Virus record (IMG/VR): IMGVR_UViG_3300002461_000167
Location: 1 to 44,459 of that record
Source: a virus
Length of the DNA: 44,459 bases
Strand: one strand, 5' to 3'
Shown: one piece after another, positions 24,546 through 33,600 of the stretch
How the letters are laid out: each line of letters opens with the position of its first letter
Position numbering within the stretch: position 1 is the first letter of the stretch
Notes under the pieces: model-generated
The model's input: only the letters and a program-made list of their open reading frames with translations
What the model was told of the DNA's origin: nothing
The model's database searches: none
Translations under genes and position numbers: made by a program

Positions 24546-27500
24546 CTAATCCTGCGTTCGAAGGTACTGGCCCACGGCCATCAACGTGAGTGGGTAGGGC
24601 CGGCTGATCTGCCAGCACACCATGCTATCATAACTAAACGTGTCGTCCAAGGTGTCGCGGTGGATGCCGCTAAAGAAGTCCAGCACGCCTAGAGGCCGTT
24701 CGCCCTTCGTCACGAAGTTAGCCGGGCGCAGGTTGTCGAAATCTGTCCCGATTGACAGGCCCTTGGTGTACTCCACGAGCATGGCCACGCCGTGCGCGCG
24801 GCGCACCTTGCCGAGCGCGAACAAGCCGGCGCGGGTGCCCGTGTCTTGCTGCGACATGGGGCGCAAGCGCTGGCCTTGGGTCAAGAAGTTGAACCCGATA
24901 ACCACCTCGGGGTCTTCTATCTCGGGGTCCGGTGGGTCCAGGAAGGCTGCCGTGAACTTGCCGCCGCCTGTGCCGCCCGAGACGCCGTTGCCGTAGGGCA
25001 CGGTGACAGCGCCGTCCACCACCGTGTGGTCGCCGCAGTCCAGCCCGCCCGCGTACACGGTGACGACTTCGCCTTCCAAGTGGTCGAAGCCGTAGAAGAT
25101 CGCCGACGATACGCCCAACTCGCGCGAAGACGGATTGGCTGCATAGTCCAGCAACCACGGCAACGTGCGGTCGTGCGGTATCAACTGTTCCACGGCGTAC
25201 AAGTCATCGGCGCCGGCCGATATCAACGTCAATGCCTCGGTGTCCGATGCCGACAATGAACCCACAGCCATATCCGAGACGCGGCGCCCGGTGCCGTGTA
25301 AATGTCGATGCCAACCCATGACCTCGGGTTCACGCGCGACGGACAGCACGTTGCGCTTATAGGTGCAGCCGGCAATGGAACCGTCCGTGCGGCGAACCCA
25401 AATCAACGGCGTGGGTTCGGCCATGTAGACAATCTGTTCAACGCCAATCTTGGTGATGTCGCGCGCACGCTCGGATATGTTCGTGGTACTGAATACACTA
25501 GCGTTCACGTCGGCGAAGATTTCCCGCACCGAACCTTTGGAAAGATGCGTGAACACAACCGTGTGCTCGGTGCGCGCGGGTGGAATGTTCGCACAGGCCG
25601 CACGAGTACCCGGCGTGGCTTTGATGTTGGCCGGCGCAATGGCGCCAGCGGAGCCGGGCGCAATCAACCACTCGGCGGTCTTCGTGCCGCAAATGATGCC
25701 GCGCACGTCCGGTTCCATCCAATAGATGTCATTGACCTCGGTAGAATTGAGGACATACGAAATACCATTGGACGGGGCAACCGTACCGTCTTCCTCGGTG
25801 GGTGCAAAGTCGAAAATCTTATTCGACCGGCTGGCATCGAACCGGTTTTTGACGGCGCCCGCGAGCCACAATCGCCCTTCGTGGTACGTGCCACAGCGCG
25901 GCCAAGACGTGGAATCAGCGTACACGCCAAGGCGCCACTCGCGAATTGGGTCATTGTTCAGCAGCGGCTTGCCGATGATTTCCACATCAAAGCCGGCGCC
26001 GGCACCCGACGTGGCCGAGAACAAGCGCATTTCCGCAATGTACAGCTTGGTGGTAAAGAAAATGAAGGCGCTAGGGCTAGAGCGCACATCATTGACTTTG
26101 TACTGCACTTCCGCTTCAACCCATATGTGGTCGAACGCGGTTGTTTGGTCCGTTGACGTGATGCTGATTGGCGACGTGGGGAAGCCGAACGTGATTTCCT
26201 TGTCGGTGAGAAGCTGTGCGGCGAGATTGCCCGAGGCCCACGAGCGTGTAAATTCAACAGTGCCGAGCACCGTGCCATCCGAAGATGACGACGGCGCAGT
26301 GCCGACCTTGCCGCGCAGGTTCAAGCGCAGATTGCACGTGAACGGGTCAACGCTATTGCGTTCCCTATAGCCGCCATTCGCAAGCGTGAAAATGAACCCG
26401 TCATCAGACGGCGGGTACAGCGTCACCTGTTTGATAGTCTGCGGTGAGGCACCTGTGTAGTTGCGGCCGATGAATCGCTGCAAGTACGCCGAGGTGGAGA
26501 ACCGCGTCATAAAGGGGAACGTGAGCGAAGCGCCCGCCGAATCTGCCTTGGGCTGTGACAGGTTGCCATCAAAGGCCGCTGCCAAGCCGCCGTCTTCGGT
26601 GTAGTTGCCGATATCGGTGGCGCCCACAATGTCATTCGGAATGAGCGAGCCGAGGCCGGTGATGCGGCCCCACGTCCAGCGGTGGGCACCGTCGACCGAC
26701 AGAATCCAATTCTTGATATCGGCGCCCGGTTCGTCGCCCGTGGTCGCCTGAAGCGCAGCCCAATAGGTGCCCGCGAATTTCACGCGCGCTTTGGCGGCAT
26801 ACGCCGTGGCCACATCCCAATCCGCCGGCTCGGAATGCAGGCGAATAGAACGGCCAACGTCGGTGTCCTGTAGCCCGCTCGGGCCGAACAATTCCGACGC
26901 GTCCGCCACCACCCAATCCGCGGGGTTGGTATTGGGCTGATTGTTGACGTTTAAATCTACAAGACTGCGATAGCTCACGCTTGTGTATGTCGCATAGTCG
27001 CCGATGCTGTACGACTTGGCGGCATCCCATTCCGCGAAGTCGATGATGACCGAAACGATGCCCTGAAGGCCGGCGGTGTTGAGCTGCGAATTCTTTTCGA
27101 CAAGATCAAGGTACGGGCCGTCTTTGAGGATGATTGGATTGAACGTGAACAACGGCAAGCCGTCCGGGTCGGTCGGGTCATCAGCGGCGGTCACCACGTT
27201 GGGCCGCTGGCCGTTCAACAGGACCGATTCCTTTTCAGCCTGGACAGACTGCAAGGTGGACCATGCGCCAGCCGCGTAGGGCGTGGTGGTGCGTTGGACG
27301 CGGCGCACGGCTATGAGCGCCGGCACACCGACGCCGCTTAGAGATACCCCGGTGATAGAATCCACCGCCGTGAACGTGGCCGCCCCGGTCACGATGATGC
27401 GGAACACGCGGCGCTGAAGGGCCGGCGTGAGACTATCGAATTGCACTTCGTCATTGGTGGCCCAATTGTGGGCTACGTCGGTGGTGAATACGCCGGGATC

Positions 27501-27830
27501 GGCCGCTGAAATCAACAGGACGGTGCGCGCGTCTTTGGTGGGCATCAGCCCCGAGCCATCCCAATACCGCATATTGGAATCGGTGAATTCCAATAGCAGC
27601 GGCGCGCGGCCGGACAAACCGAAACGCTGCATCTTGGCCGGCAGACCTTGGTACGTGTAGCCACGGAACGCCGTACCGAACCGGCGCAGCCACGCGCCTT
27701 CATCGGTCGGGATGCCGTTTAAACTCACGTTCATTGCTGTGGCATACGCCGGCATGTCGAAACGGCCTTGACTGGCCTTCGACCACTCGCCGCCAGCAAA
27801 TGACCATTGCGCGTTGGATGCCAATGCCAT
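24546..27830 (-). CDS. Tail tubular protein B / nozzle-like protein (1094 aa) with inserted carbohydrate-binding-like modules.
   Basis: N-terminus WSFAGGEWSKASQGRFDMPAYATAMNVSLNGIPTDEGAWLRRFGT resembles podovirus nozzle proteins. Position after the tube A-like gene. Two CBM5/12-like repeats (aa 266-307 and 336-376) and an AAFDGN discoidin-like segment. Confidence 0.55.
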   Translation of the reverse strand: MALASNAQWSFAGGEWSKASQGRFDMPAYATAMNVSLNGIPTDEGAWLRRFGTAFRGYTYQGLPAKMQRFGLSGRAPLLLEFTDSNMRYWDGSGLMPTKDARTVLLISAADPGVFTTDVAHNWATNDEVQFDSLTPALQRRVFRIIVTGAATFTAVDSITGVSLSGVGVPALIAVRRVQRTTTPYAAGAWSTLQSVQAEKESVLLNGQRPNVVTAADDPTDPDGLPLFTFNPIILKDGPYLDLVEKNSQLNTAGLQGIVSVIIDFAEWDAAKSYSIGDYATYTSVSYRSLVDLNVNNQPNTNPADWVVADASELFGPSGLQDTDVGRSIRLHSEPADWDVATAYAAKARVKFAGTYWAALQATTGDEPGADIKNWILSVDGAHRWTWGRITGLGSLIPNDIVGATDIGNYTEDGGLAAAFDGNLSQPKADSAGASLTFPFMTRFSTSAYLQRFIGRNYTGASPQTIKQVTLYPPSDDGFIFTLANGGYRERNSVDPFTCNLRLNLRGKVGTAPSSSSDGTVLGTVEFTRSWASGNLAAQLLTDKEITFGFPTSPISITSTDQTTAFDHIWVEAEVQYKVNDVRSSPSAFIFFTTKLYIAEMRLFSATSGAGAGFDVEIIGKPLLNNDPIREWRLGVYADSTSWPRCGTYHEGRLWLAGAVKNRFDASRSNKIFDFAPTEEDGTVAPSNGISYVLNSTEVNDIYWMEPDVRGIICGTKTAEWLIAPGSAGAIAPANIKATPGTRAACANIPPARTEHTVVFTHLSKGSVREIFADVNASVFSTTNISERARDITKIGVEQIVYMAEPTPLIWVRRTDGSIAGCTYKRNVLSVAREPEVMGWHRHLHGTGRRVSDMAVGSLSASDTEALTLISAGADDLYAVEQLIPHDRTLPWLLDYAANPSSRELGVSSAIFYGFDHLEGEVVTVYAGGLDCGDHTVVDGAVTVPYGNGVSGGTGGGKFTAAFLDPPDPEIEDPEVVIGFNFLTQGQRLRPMSQQDTGTRAGLFALGKVRRAHGVAMLVEYTKGLSIGTDFDNLRPANFVTKGERPLGVLDFFSGIHRDTLDDTFSYDSMVCWQISRPYPLTLMAVGQYLRTQD

Positions 27831-27831
27831 G

Positions 27832-28950
27832 TCAGACCCTTATGGAAATGAAGTCATCTTCCGGCGCTTCGACCGGACCTTTTTCGATGCCGTTGACGGT
27901 ACGCGCATCCGATATGAATTGCGAATACTGCGCGGCGATACTCTGCACATCGGCGTTGGACTGCGACAGGCGCCCGGTGACTGCCAAGGCCAAACGTGCG
28001 GCCAAGCCTTCACAGAATAGATCATCGAACATCGTGACATTCTGGATGTCGGCCGCGAACCGGAACACGATGGCTTGCGGGCTGTACGATGTCAGATAGT
28101 CGCCTTCTAGGTTCCAATCGCGCGACTGGTAGTTGCTCGGGGCGCCAAGGGGCGAGCGCACGCCGGCCTTCGGCTCTTGGTCCGCAACGCGCACGTAGTT
28201 GGCCGGAAGCCGGAAGACGTGCCGGTTGTCGTGCGTGCTCGGGTACACAAGCCGCTTGTCGATAAGATCCGCGACAAGCTCCACCCACTTTTCCGAACCC
28301 GTGCCGCGCAGCGACGTGGTGCGCCATTCGCCCGGCGAGCCGGCCGGCGCGTTGTTCAGGTTGAAATCAACAATCGACTGGTAGACCACCGCCGCGACCA
28401 CCACAAGGTCTTCTTTGCGGTACTCCACCGTGGCGTCGTAGGCGTTCGGCGTGGCCGGGTTGTCTTCGTTGCCACCAATCAATGACTGGTAGACCTTGAA
28501 GGTTCCGTCGCCGGGTGTCGTGTAAATCACATCACCGGCATAGTACGCCTCACCGTCCACCCACTTGGGAATTGCCAAGGGGCCGGTGTACAATTCCCAA
28601 TAGTAGACGGTGCCGGGATTGTTGTTCAAGTTCTGTGCGCGAACCGAAATCCACATGATGCCTTGTTCGTCGCTCACGATGGCCCCTTGCGGGTAGATCG
28701 TAGAGCTTGACCACATGGCCGGCGCAATCTCGCGCGTCGTCTCGGTGATGGCACGGAGCACCGCCCACTTGATCGCGAAGCGCCAGACGTTGCGGCGCAG
28801 CTCGGCGCGGCGCACCTTGCCATACGCAAAGCCGCACTCGGTGGCTTGAACGCTATCTTCCTCGAAGCCAATGGTGGGATCTATGCGGCGCTCGCCACAG
28901 TGCTGAAGCGCGCGGTTCGCAATGTCGACGGGGTTACTATACTCGGCCAT
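27832..28950 (-). CDS. Tail tubular protein A / adaptor-like protein (T7 gp11-like N-terminus) carrying three CBM5/12-like repeats.
   Basis: N-terminus IANRALQHCGERRIDP...ATECGFAYGKVRRAELRRNVWRFAI follows the gp11 pattern (NDILASIGEPPV...RRIL...GWTFN). GAGGTG Shine-Dalgarno sequence. Repeats at aa 78-210. Confidence 0.55.
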   Translation of the reverse strand: MAEYSNPVDIANRALQHCGERRIDPTIGFEEDSVQATECGFAYGKVRRAELRRNVWRFAIKWAVLRAITETTREIAPAMWSSSTIYPQGAIVSDEQGIMWISVRAQNLNNNPGTVYYWELYTGPLAIPKWVDGEAYYAGDVIYTTPGDGTFKVYQSLIGGNEDNPATPNAYDATVEYRKEDLVVVAAVVYQSIVDFNLNNAPAGSPGEWRTTSLRGTGSEKWVELVADLIDKRLVYPSTHDNRHVFRLPANYVRVADQEPKAGVRSPLGAPSNYQSRDWNLEGDYLTSYSPQAIVFRFAADIQNVTMFDDLFCEGLAARLALAVTGRLSQSNADVQSIAAQYSQFISDARTVNGIEKGPVEAPEDDFISIRV

Positions 28951-28960
28951 GGGTCACCTC

Positions 28961-29647
28961 TTACTTGTAAATTCCAACATTGTCGATGTGCCCATTTGTG
29001 GTAGACGCCGTGCCGTTGTTGCTTGCACCGATAAGCAATGGGTCCACGTTGTTCGTGAAAAACGCGCCGGCATACGGAGCTGATGCCACGGCCACGCCGT
29101 TGAGATAGATGGTGATGACACCGGCCCGGCGCTCCACCCAAATATCGTAGAAAGCGCCGAGCACTACAACTAGCCCGTTCGCGCTCGAAAAATCAACCGT
29201 ATTCGCGATGCCGTCGACGGACGCAATAAACCGTATCGCCCCGAGCGTCGATAGAGACACCATCCAGGATTTGCGGTTTGACGCGGCTTCCCACAGCGAT
29301 AGCAATGCGGTGAACGTCGCCAGCGAAGCCGGGCGCGTCCGAACAATGAAGGTGAAATCTTCGTCCGCCGCAATGTTGAACTCGGGCGCGTTGGGCGCGC
29401 TCACAAAGTCGCCCGTGCCGTCCAGCAACAGGCTGGCCGTGCCCCGGTACTTGAAGGCGGTATCGAGCTGTGCGTTGGCCGCGAACGTGAGGACGCGCGC
29501 ATAAGGGCTAGTGTCCACGGCCGCCGTGGCACCGTCTACGCCGTCGAACGGCACGCGCAACAGGTAGCGATCAGCATAAGCCGACCGCACGCCCCGAGCA
29601 CCGCGCAGGTTCAATAGCTGCTGATTGTGCTTAAGCCGGTTTCTCAT
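28961..29647 (-). CDS. LamG / concanavalin-A-like lectin-fold structural protein.
   Basis: GTASLLLDGTGDFVSAPNAPEFNIAADEDFTFIV...LSLWEAASNRKSWMVSL...FYDIWVERRAGVITIYLNGV is the typical Laminin_G_3 pattern. Start at 29647 is supported by GGAG 6 nt upstream. Confidence 0.6.
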   Translation of the reverse strand: MRNRLKHNQQLLNLRGARGVRSAYADRYLLRVPFDGVDGATAAVDTSPYARVLTFAANAQLDTAFKYRGTASLLLDGTGDFVSAPNAPEFNIAADEDFTFIVRTRPASLATFTALLSLWEAASNRKSWMVSLSTLGAIRFIASVDGIANTVDFSSANGLVVVLGAFYDIWVERRAGVITIYLNGVAVASAPYAGAFFTNNVDPLLIGASNNGTASTTNGHIDNVGIYK

Positions 29648-29912
29648 AGGGTATCTCCGAATAGACGACACGCGCCGGGCGGCCATTGGCCGGACCGAGC
29701 GCCCGCGCGTACACGGTCGACCCCGTAGGGATGTAGACGGGATGCATCAATTCATGGGACAGGAAGTGCCCGATGTCCGCCGCGTCTTCGGTGCCCGTGG
29801 CAATCACCACGTACTCGACAGGCCAAGGGCTCACGCACTGAAGCCCGATGCCGATAGGCCCGGCAACCACGGCCGTGTATGCGGCGGTAACGTCAACGGC
29901 TGTGGTGGGCAT
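29631..29912 (-). CDS. Hypothetical structural-module protein (93 aa)
   Basis: AAGGAT Shine-Dalgarno sequence 8 nt upstream. Packed between structural genes. Confidence 0.5.
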   Translation of the reverse strand: MPTTAVDVTAAYTAVVAGPIGIGLQCVSPWPVEYVVIATGTEDAADIGHFLSHELMHPVYIPTGSTVYARALGPANGRPARVVYSEIPYEKPA

Positions 29913-29924
29913 GGGGCGCTATCC

Positions 29925-30140
29925 TTAGAGAATGGGCGGCTGCACTGCGATCACGTCGCGCTGCTGAAGCTGGCGAATGACCGCTTCAAGCGCGAGCATG
30001 ACGCCGAGGCGCGTGGCGGCCGAGTCATCGGCAATCCGCACTTCGACCATGCCGGCGCCGGGCGCCGACGTGCCCACCACGAAATCGTCCTTCTTGAAGC
30101 CGGACAGGCCCCGAGCGATGGAAATGGAAAGGGCTGCCAT
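29925..30140 (-). CDS. Hypothetical structural-module protein (71 aa)
   Basis: GGAGG Shine-Dalgarno sequence 7 nt upstream. Confidence 0.5.
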   Translation of the reverse strand: MAALSISIARGLSGFKKDDFVVGTSAPGAGMVEVRIADDSAATRLGVMLALEAVIRQLQQRDVIAVQPPIL

Positions 30141-30198
30141 AGGGGCGCCTCCAGCTTAGAGGAACGGGGTAGGGCGGCCCGAGAGCCGCCCCGCCGGG

Positions 30199-30732
30199 TT
30201 AGATGACGAACTGGCCGGCGAGCCGGATGCGGCCCGTGCCAGTGCCCACAGCCGTCGAAGGCATCATGGACACGTCAAAGAAGCCGCCCGGATCTTCGGT
30301 GAGGCCGGCGGCCTGCCAAAGCGGCAAGTCGTGCTCGGCGACCGTGTAGCCCGGCGACGTGGTGGCGATAAGCTCGACGCCCTGGATGGCAGCGGTATTG
30401 GCCAGCGCAGCCGTAAAGAAGTCGGCGTCGATGACCAGCCCGAGCTTGTCCAGCGGAGTGCCGTCGCCCTGATTGTCGCTGTAGTGCAGGCCGACGTTCC
30501 ACGCGGTGGACGCGCCGTTCGCCTCGGCCCAGATTTTCAGGCTCTTGACCTTGGCGTTCGACTTGACGCGAAGCACGCGATAGATGCTCGCGGTATCGCT
30601 CGCGGCGATGACAGTGACCACGCCATCGGCGTGACGAAGAACGCCACCCGCGCCGTCGCCCGAGTAGACCTGTCGATACGGCCGGGCATTCAACCCGGTA
30701 AGACCAGCGGACTTTACTAGATCAGTTGCCAT
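30199..30732 (-). CDS. Capsid decoration / cement-like protein candidate (177 aa).
   Basis: Immediately downstream of the major capsid gene. GAGGTA Shine-Dalgarno sequence. Beta-rich sequence. The call rests on position only. Confidence 0.4.
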   Translation of the reverse strand: MATDLVKSAGLTGLNARPYRQVYSGDGAGGVLRHADGVVTVIAASDTASIYRVLRVKSNAKVKSLKIWAEANGASTAWNVGLHYSDNQGDGTPLDKLGLVIDADFFTAALANTAAIQGVELIATTSPGYTVAEHDLPLWQAAGLTEDPGGFFDVSMMPSTAVGTGTGRIRLAGQFVI

Positions 30733-30749
30733 GGGGCTGTACCTCGGTG

Positions 30750-30786
30750 TGGATTTAAATTACCCGAGGCCGGTTAAAGCCTCGGG
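30750..30786 (-). terminator. Hairpin attenuator/terminator just downstream of the major capsid gene.
   Basis: On the minus strand, CCCGAGGC-tttaaccg-GCCTCGGG (plus coordinates 30763-30786) is followed by TAATTTAAAT. Confidence 0.5.
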
Positions 30787-30806
30787 CGGGTTTCAGTGGG
30801 GCGCCC

Positions 30807-31739
30807 TTACGGCGTGATTGCAACGCCCGTGGTGTCGGCGCACAGGATCTGAATCAGCTTGCCCGGCTCCATGCGGCACGCGCCGACGCTCGCCTGCGTG
30901 TAGATCTGCCACGGTTCGCCGGACAGGTCGTTGCGCTGCGATACGCGGTGCATCATGTCCTTCCACGTGCCGAGGTACATGCCCGAGCGAACCCAAGCGA
31001 GAACGCCGCGCACGTTGGCCGACACGATAGGAAGCCGCTCGATATACTGGATATCGAAGCCGAGGAACCGCGTGACCTTGCCGTCGACGAGGACGGGGCG
31101 GTCATTGAATTCACGGCTGACAACCTGCACCTGATTGAGAAGGTCCGACTCCTGCTGACTGCCGCACACGAGCACAGGCGGGTCCGCTTCAAGGTCGTTC
31201 TCGTAGTGGCGCAGGATGCGCTTCGTCTCGATAACCTTGGCGACGGTGAGGCCGGACGCCGAGGTGGAACCGAACGTGGACGCAACCTGGAACTTGGACG
31301 TGTCGAACGTCTCGGGCGTGAGCGCCGCGTTGTCCTGTCCAAGCTGATTGATCGCCGTCGCCTGATAGATGATTTCATCATCATAGTAGCGGCCGGTGGC
31401 GTAGGCGGCGTTGGTGATCATTTCCGACTGCGGATTGCCAACCTCGGTCTTGAGAAGATCGAAGGTGTCAATCAACTGGTTGATGTCGCCATCGCGCGGG
31501 AACACCCACCGACGTGAGAAGTCCGTGTCGGTACGGTTCTTCGGGGCGAAGCGGCCAGCGGGCGCGGCCATCTTGATCGGCCCCATGTAATTCACGGGGC
31601 TGGCCATCTTGCCGGTGTGCGTGCCGGAACGCACATACGGACGCAACTTGCTGCCCTTCTGCTGAAGGATGAGCTGCAAGTTCGTCGAGAACTGAAGGGT
31701 TTCGAGCTGATAAAGGCCCTGGCCGTCTGTAGCTGCCAT
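30807..31739 (-). CDS. Major capsid protein (HK97-fold inferred).
   Basis: 310 aa, located after the scaffold gene in the T7-like order. It has its own near-consensus promoter, a strong AAGGAG RBS and a downstream hairpin, consistent with a highly expressed late gene. Confidence 0.7.
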   Translation of the reverse strand: MAATDGQGLYQLETLQFSTNLQLILQQKGSKLRPYVRSGTHTGKMASPVNYMGPIKMAAPAGRFAPKNRTDTDFSRRWVFPRDGDINQLIDTFDLLKTEVGNPQSEMITNAAYATGRYYDDEIIYQATAINQLGQDNAALTPETFDTSKFQVASTFGSTSASGLTVAKVIETKRILRHYENDLEADPPVLVCGSQQESDLLNQVQVVSREFNDRPVLVDGKVTRFLGFDIQYIERLPIVSANVRGVLAWVRSGMYLGTWKDMMHRVSQRNDLSGEPWQIYTQASVGACRMEPGKLIQILCADTTGVAITP

Positions 31740-31829
31740 GGGGTGACTCCTTGTGGGGGTTCATCCTACGGCGTAATCCAGACTTACAACCACGCATACG
31801 CGGGCCAGTCACCGGGCACCATTTCCATA

Positions 31830-31858
31830 AGGATAGGGTGCCCGTGCAACCGTGTCAA
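31830..31858 (-). promoter_or_regulatory. Sigma70-type promoter for the major capsid gene: TTGACA-17 nt-TATCCT.
   Basis: The reverse complement of 31830-31858 reads TTGACAcggttgcacgggcacccTATCCT. An 8-bp inverted repeat CGGGCACC/GGTGCCCG (31813-31844) brackets the -10 element. Confidence 0.55.
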
Positions 31859-31866
31859 CCCCCCGT

Positions 31867-32142
31867 TTAAAACTCGTCTTTGGCTGCCTCGGCGGCGGCC
31901 AAATCAGCGGCCACAAGCTCGCGGCGGCGCTCGGCAATCTTGGGGTTCGCAAGATCCGAAGGCTGCACCGCGCCCGCAATGGGGAGTAGGCAGCAACCGG
32001 AACCCTCGCGCGTGTAAATGCAGCCCGTGCCGGCTTTGAGTTTGACGATGCCCGTACCCGGCGCCGGTTGTCCGGTGCGTGGGTGCTTCTGCATTTCCGT
32101 CTCGGTCCATTCCGGCGGCTTACAATCTTTGTGACAGGCCAT
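31867..32142 (-). CDS. Small cysteine-containing protein (91 aa) between the scaffold and capsid genes.
   Basis: ATG 32142 has GAGGAA 6 nt upstream. Sequence begins MACHKDCKPPEWTE...GTGCIYTREGSGCC. Confidence 0.5.
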   Translation of the reverse strand: MACHKDCKPPEWTETEMQKHPRTGQPAPGTGIVKLKAGTGCIYTREGSGCCLLPIAGAVQPSDLANPKIAERRRELVAADLAAAEAAKDEF

Positions 32143-32185
32143 GCGTGTTTCCTCGAATGAGTGATGGTGGATGCGGGGCGGCGAC

Positions 32186-33067
32186 TTAGCGGCGCGCAAT
32201 GATGGTATTGAGCGAATCCATTTCCTTGCGCTTGTCAGCATCGCCGCTAGTGTACGCTTTGACCCACGAAGCATCGGCCATCAACTCCGACTTGCGCGCC
32301 TGTGCCGCTTCGAATGTCATCGGGCCGGAACCGCCGCCGCCGTTCGGCACCGACAGGTACGGAGCTTCACCGATCTTCGCGCCGACCGTGCGAAACATCT
32401 CCATGACGCGAGCGTAGCCGATGACGCTTTCCAGCGCGGTGACTTCCGCGTCCGACACGCCGAGCCGGCGGGCGGCACCCTGCGCCTGAAGCATAAACAC
32501 CTCGGGCGCTTCCGCCCAATTGGCCTTCAGCGCTTCCTTTTCCGCCGTGAGCTTGGCGGTCTTGTCGGCGCGCTCGGCTTCGTCGCGACCGTCAAGGAAG
32601 TTGACCATCGCACGCCCGACGCCCACCGCTGCATCCTTGGTGAGCTTCAGTTGCGACGCCGTGGTGCGCAGAAGGCCGGCGAGCCCGTCCGCGATGGCCG
32701 CGTCATTCTTGTGCTTCACGGCGCTGAAGTCGTAGTCTTTGGCTTCCTTGGGAACGCCGAGCTTATCCCACACCGCCGACCAGCCGGCCGCGTCGTTCGC
32801 GTCCTTCGGCATCCGTAGCAATTGCTCGGGCGGAAGGCCGATCAGCTTCTTGGCGTGGTGGTGCGCCTTGATTACTTCGGCGGCGGCTTTAGCCGGGTCC
32901 AGATCCGCCCACCCATGCGTCTGAGCATGTCCAACAAGCTCCGGGTCAAGTCCGGTATGCCAAGGGGCATTTTGCCCGCCGCCACCACCAGCACCAGAAT
33001 CACTACCACCGCCGCCAGCACCATCGTTCGGACCTTCCCTGTAAATCATCGGCAACACTTTGAACAT
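32186..33067 (-). CDS. Scaffolding protein.
   Basis: Position between portal and capsid. Gly-rich N-terminus followed by long helical A/E/K-rich sequence. AGGGAG Shine-Dalgarno sequence. Confidence 0.6.
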   Translation of the reverse strand: MFKVLPMIYREGPNDGAGGGGSDSGAGGGGGQNAPWHTGLDPELVGHAQTHGWADLDPAKAAAEVIKAHHHAKKLIGLPPEQLLRMPKDANDAAGWSAVWDKLGVPKEAKDYDFSAVKHKNDAAIADGLAGLLRTTASQLKLTKDAAVGVGRAMVNFLDGRDEAERADKTAKLTAEKEALKANWAEAPEVFMLQAQGAARRLGVSDAEVTALESVIGYARVMEMFRTVGAKIGEAPYLSVPNGGGGSGPMTFEAAQARKSELMADASWVKAYTSGDADKRKEMDSLNTIIARR

Positions 33068-33355
33068 TTAACGCGACTCCCTGTCGTCCGCCGGCATCGC
33101 CGGATTGCCGCCCACTAGAGCATATAGTTCTTCGGTCGTCAAATTGAGGTGGTTGGTGATGCGCAAGAGAACTTCGCGCCGGCCTTCCAACACCGCGTGC
33201 TTGCGTGGGTCATCGTGATAGCACGACTCTTTGCCACGGCAGAATATGATAAGGTCGCGCATGACCTCTTGGCCGGCGGGCGTGCGGAAGCACAGGCCAT
33301 AATACCGGCGGCGATACCCGAGGAAGCCAAGGGTGCGGCGAACGATGTCATTCAT
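33068..33355 (-). CDS. Conserved small phage protein (95 aa), function unknown.
   Basis: ATG 33355 overlaps the upstream stop (ATGAATGA). Sequence LGFLGYRRRYYGLCFRTPAGQEVMRDLIIFC...AVLEGRREVLLRI. Confidence 0.5.
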   Translation of the reverse strand: MNDIVRRTLGFLGYRRRYYGLCFRTPAGQEVMRDLIIFCRGKESCYHDDPRKHAVLEGRREVLLRITNHLNLTTEELYALVGGNPAMPADDRESR

Positions 33356-33593
33356 GAACGTACCAATCCGACGCGAGCACGTCCGCGTTGCTGATGTGCC
33401 ATTCGCGGTATTCGCTGAACGGGTTGTCCGGCGGGCCGCTGGCCACAATGAGTGCACCGACTTCGGGCCGGTTCGGAAGACCGTGCGGAAGGATTGCCAC
33501 CCTTTCCGACTTATCCCAAGCGCGGCGGCCAACGTGCTTTGACTGCCACATGGCGAGAAGGGCGCCACCGAACCCGAAGTCCTTGCTGTACAT
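33348..33593 (-). CDS. DUF2829-like protein (the family that includes the Thoeris anti-defence protein Tad2).
   Basis: N-terminus FGGALLAMWQSKHVGRRAW and C-terminus EWHISNADVLASDWYV match the remembered DUF2829 pattern (F.eAl.alk.Gk.v.R.gW ... W..sq.DlLa.DW.i). Length 81 aa. Confidence 0.55.
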   Translation of the reverse strand: MYSKDFGFGGALLAMWQSKHVGRRAWDKSERVAILPHGLPNRPEVGALIVASGPPDNPFSEYREWHISNADVLASDWYVHE

Positions 33594-33600
33594 TTAAACG

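Noticed and set aside
869-32019. Recurrent I-Y-T tripeptide as a protein-level explanation of the 9-mer.
   Set aside because: The proteins are unrelated. The same DNA word also occurs in two other frames, antisense, and in three non-coding sites. Elsewhere I-Y is encoded as ATC-TAC (for example at about 11990 and 15690). A DNA- or RNA-level signal is more likely.
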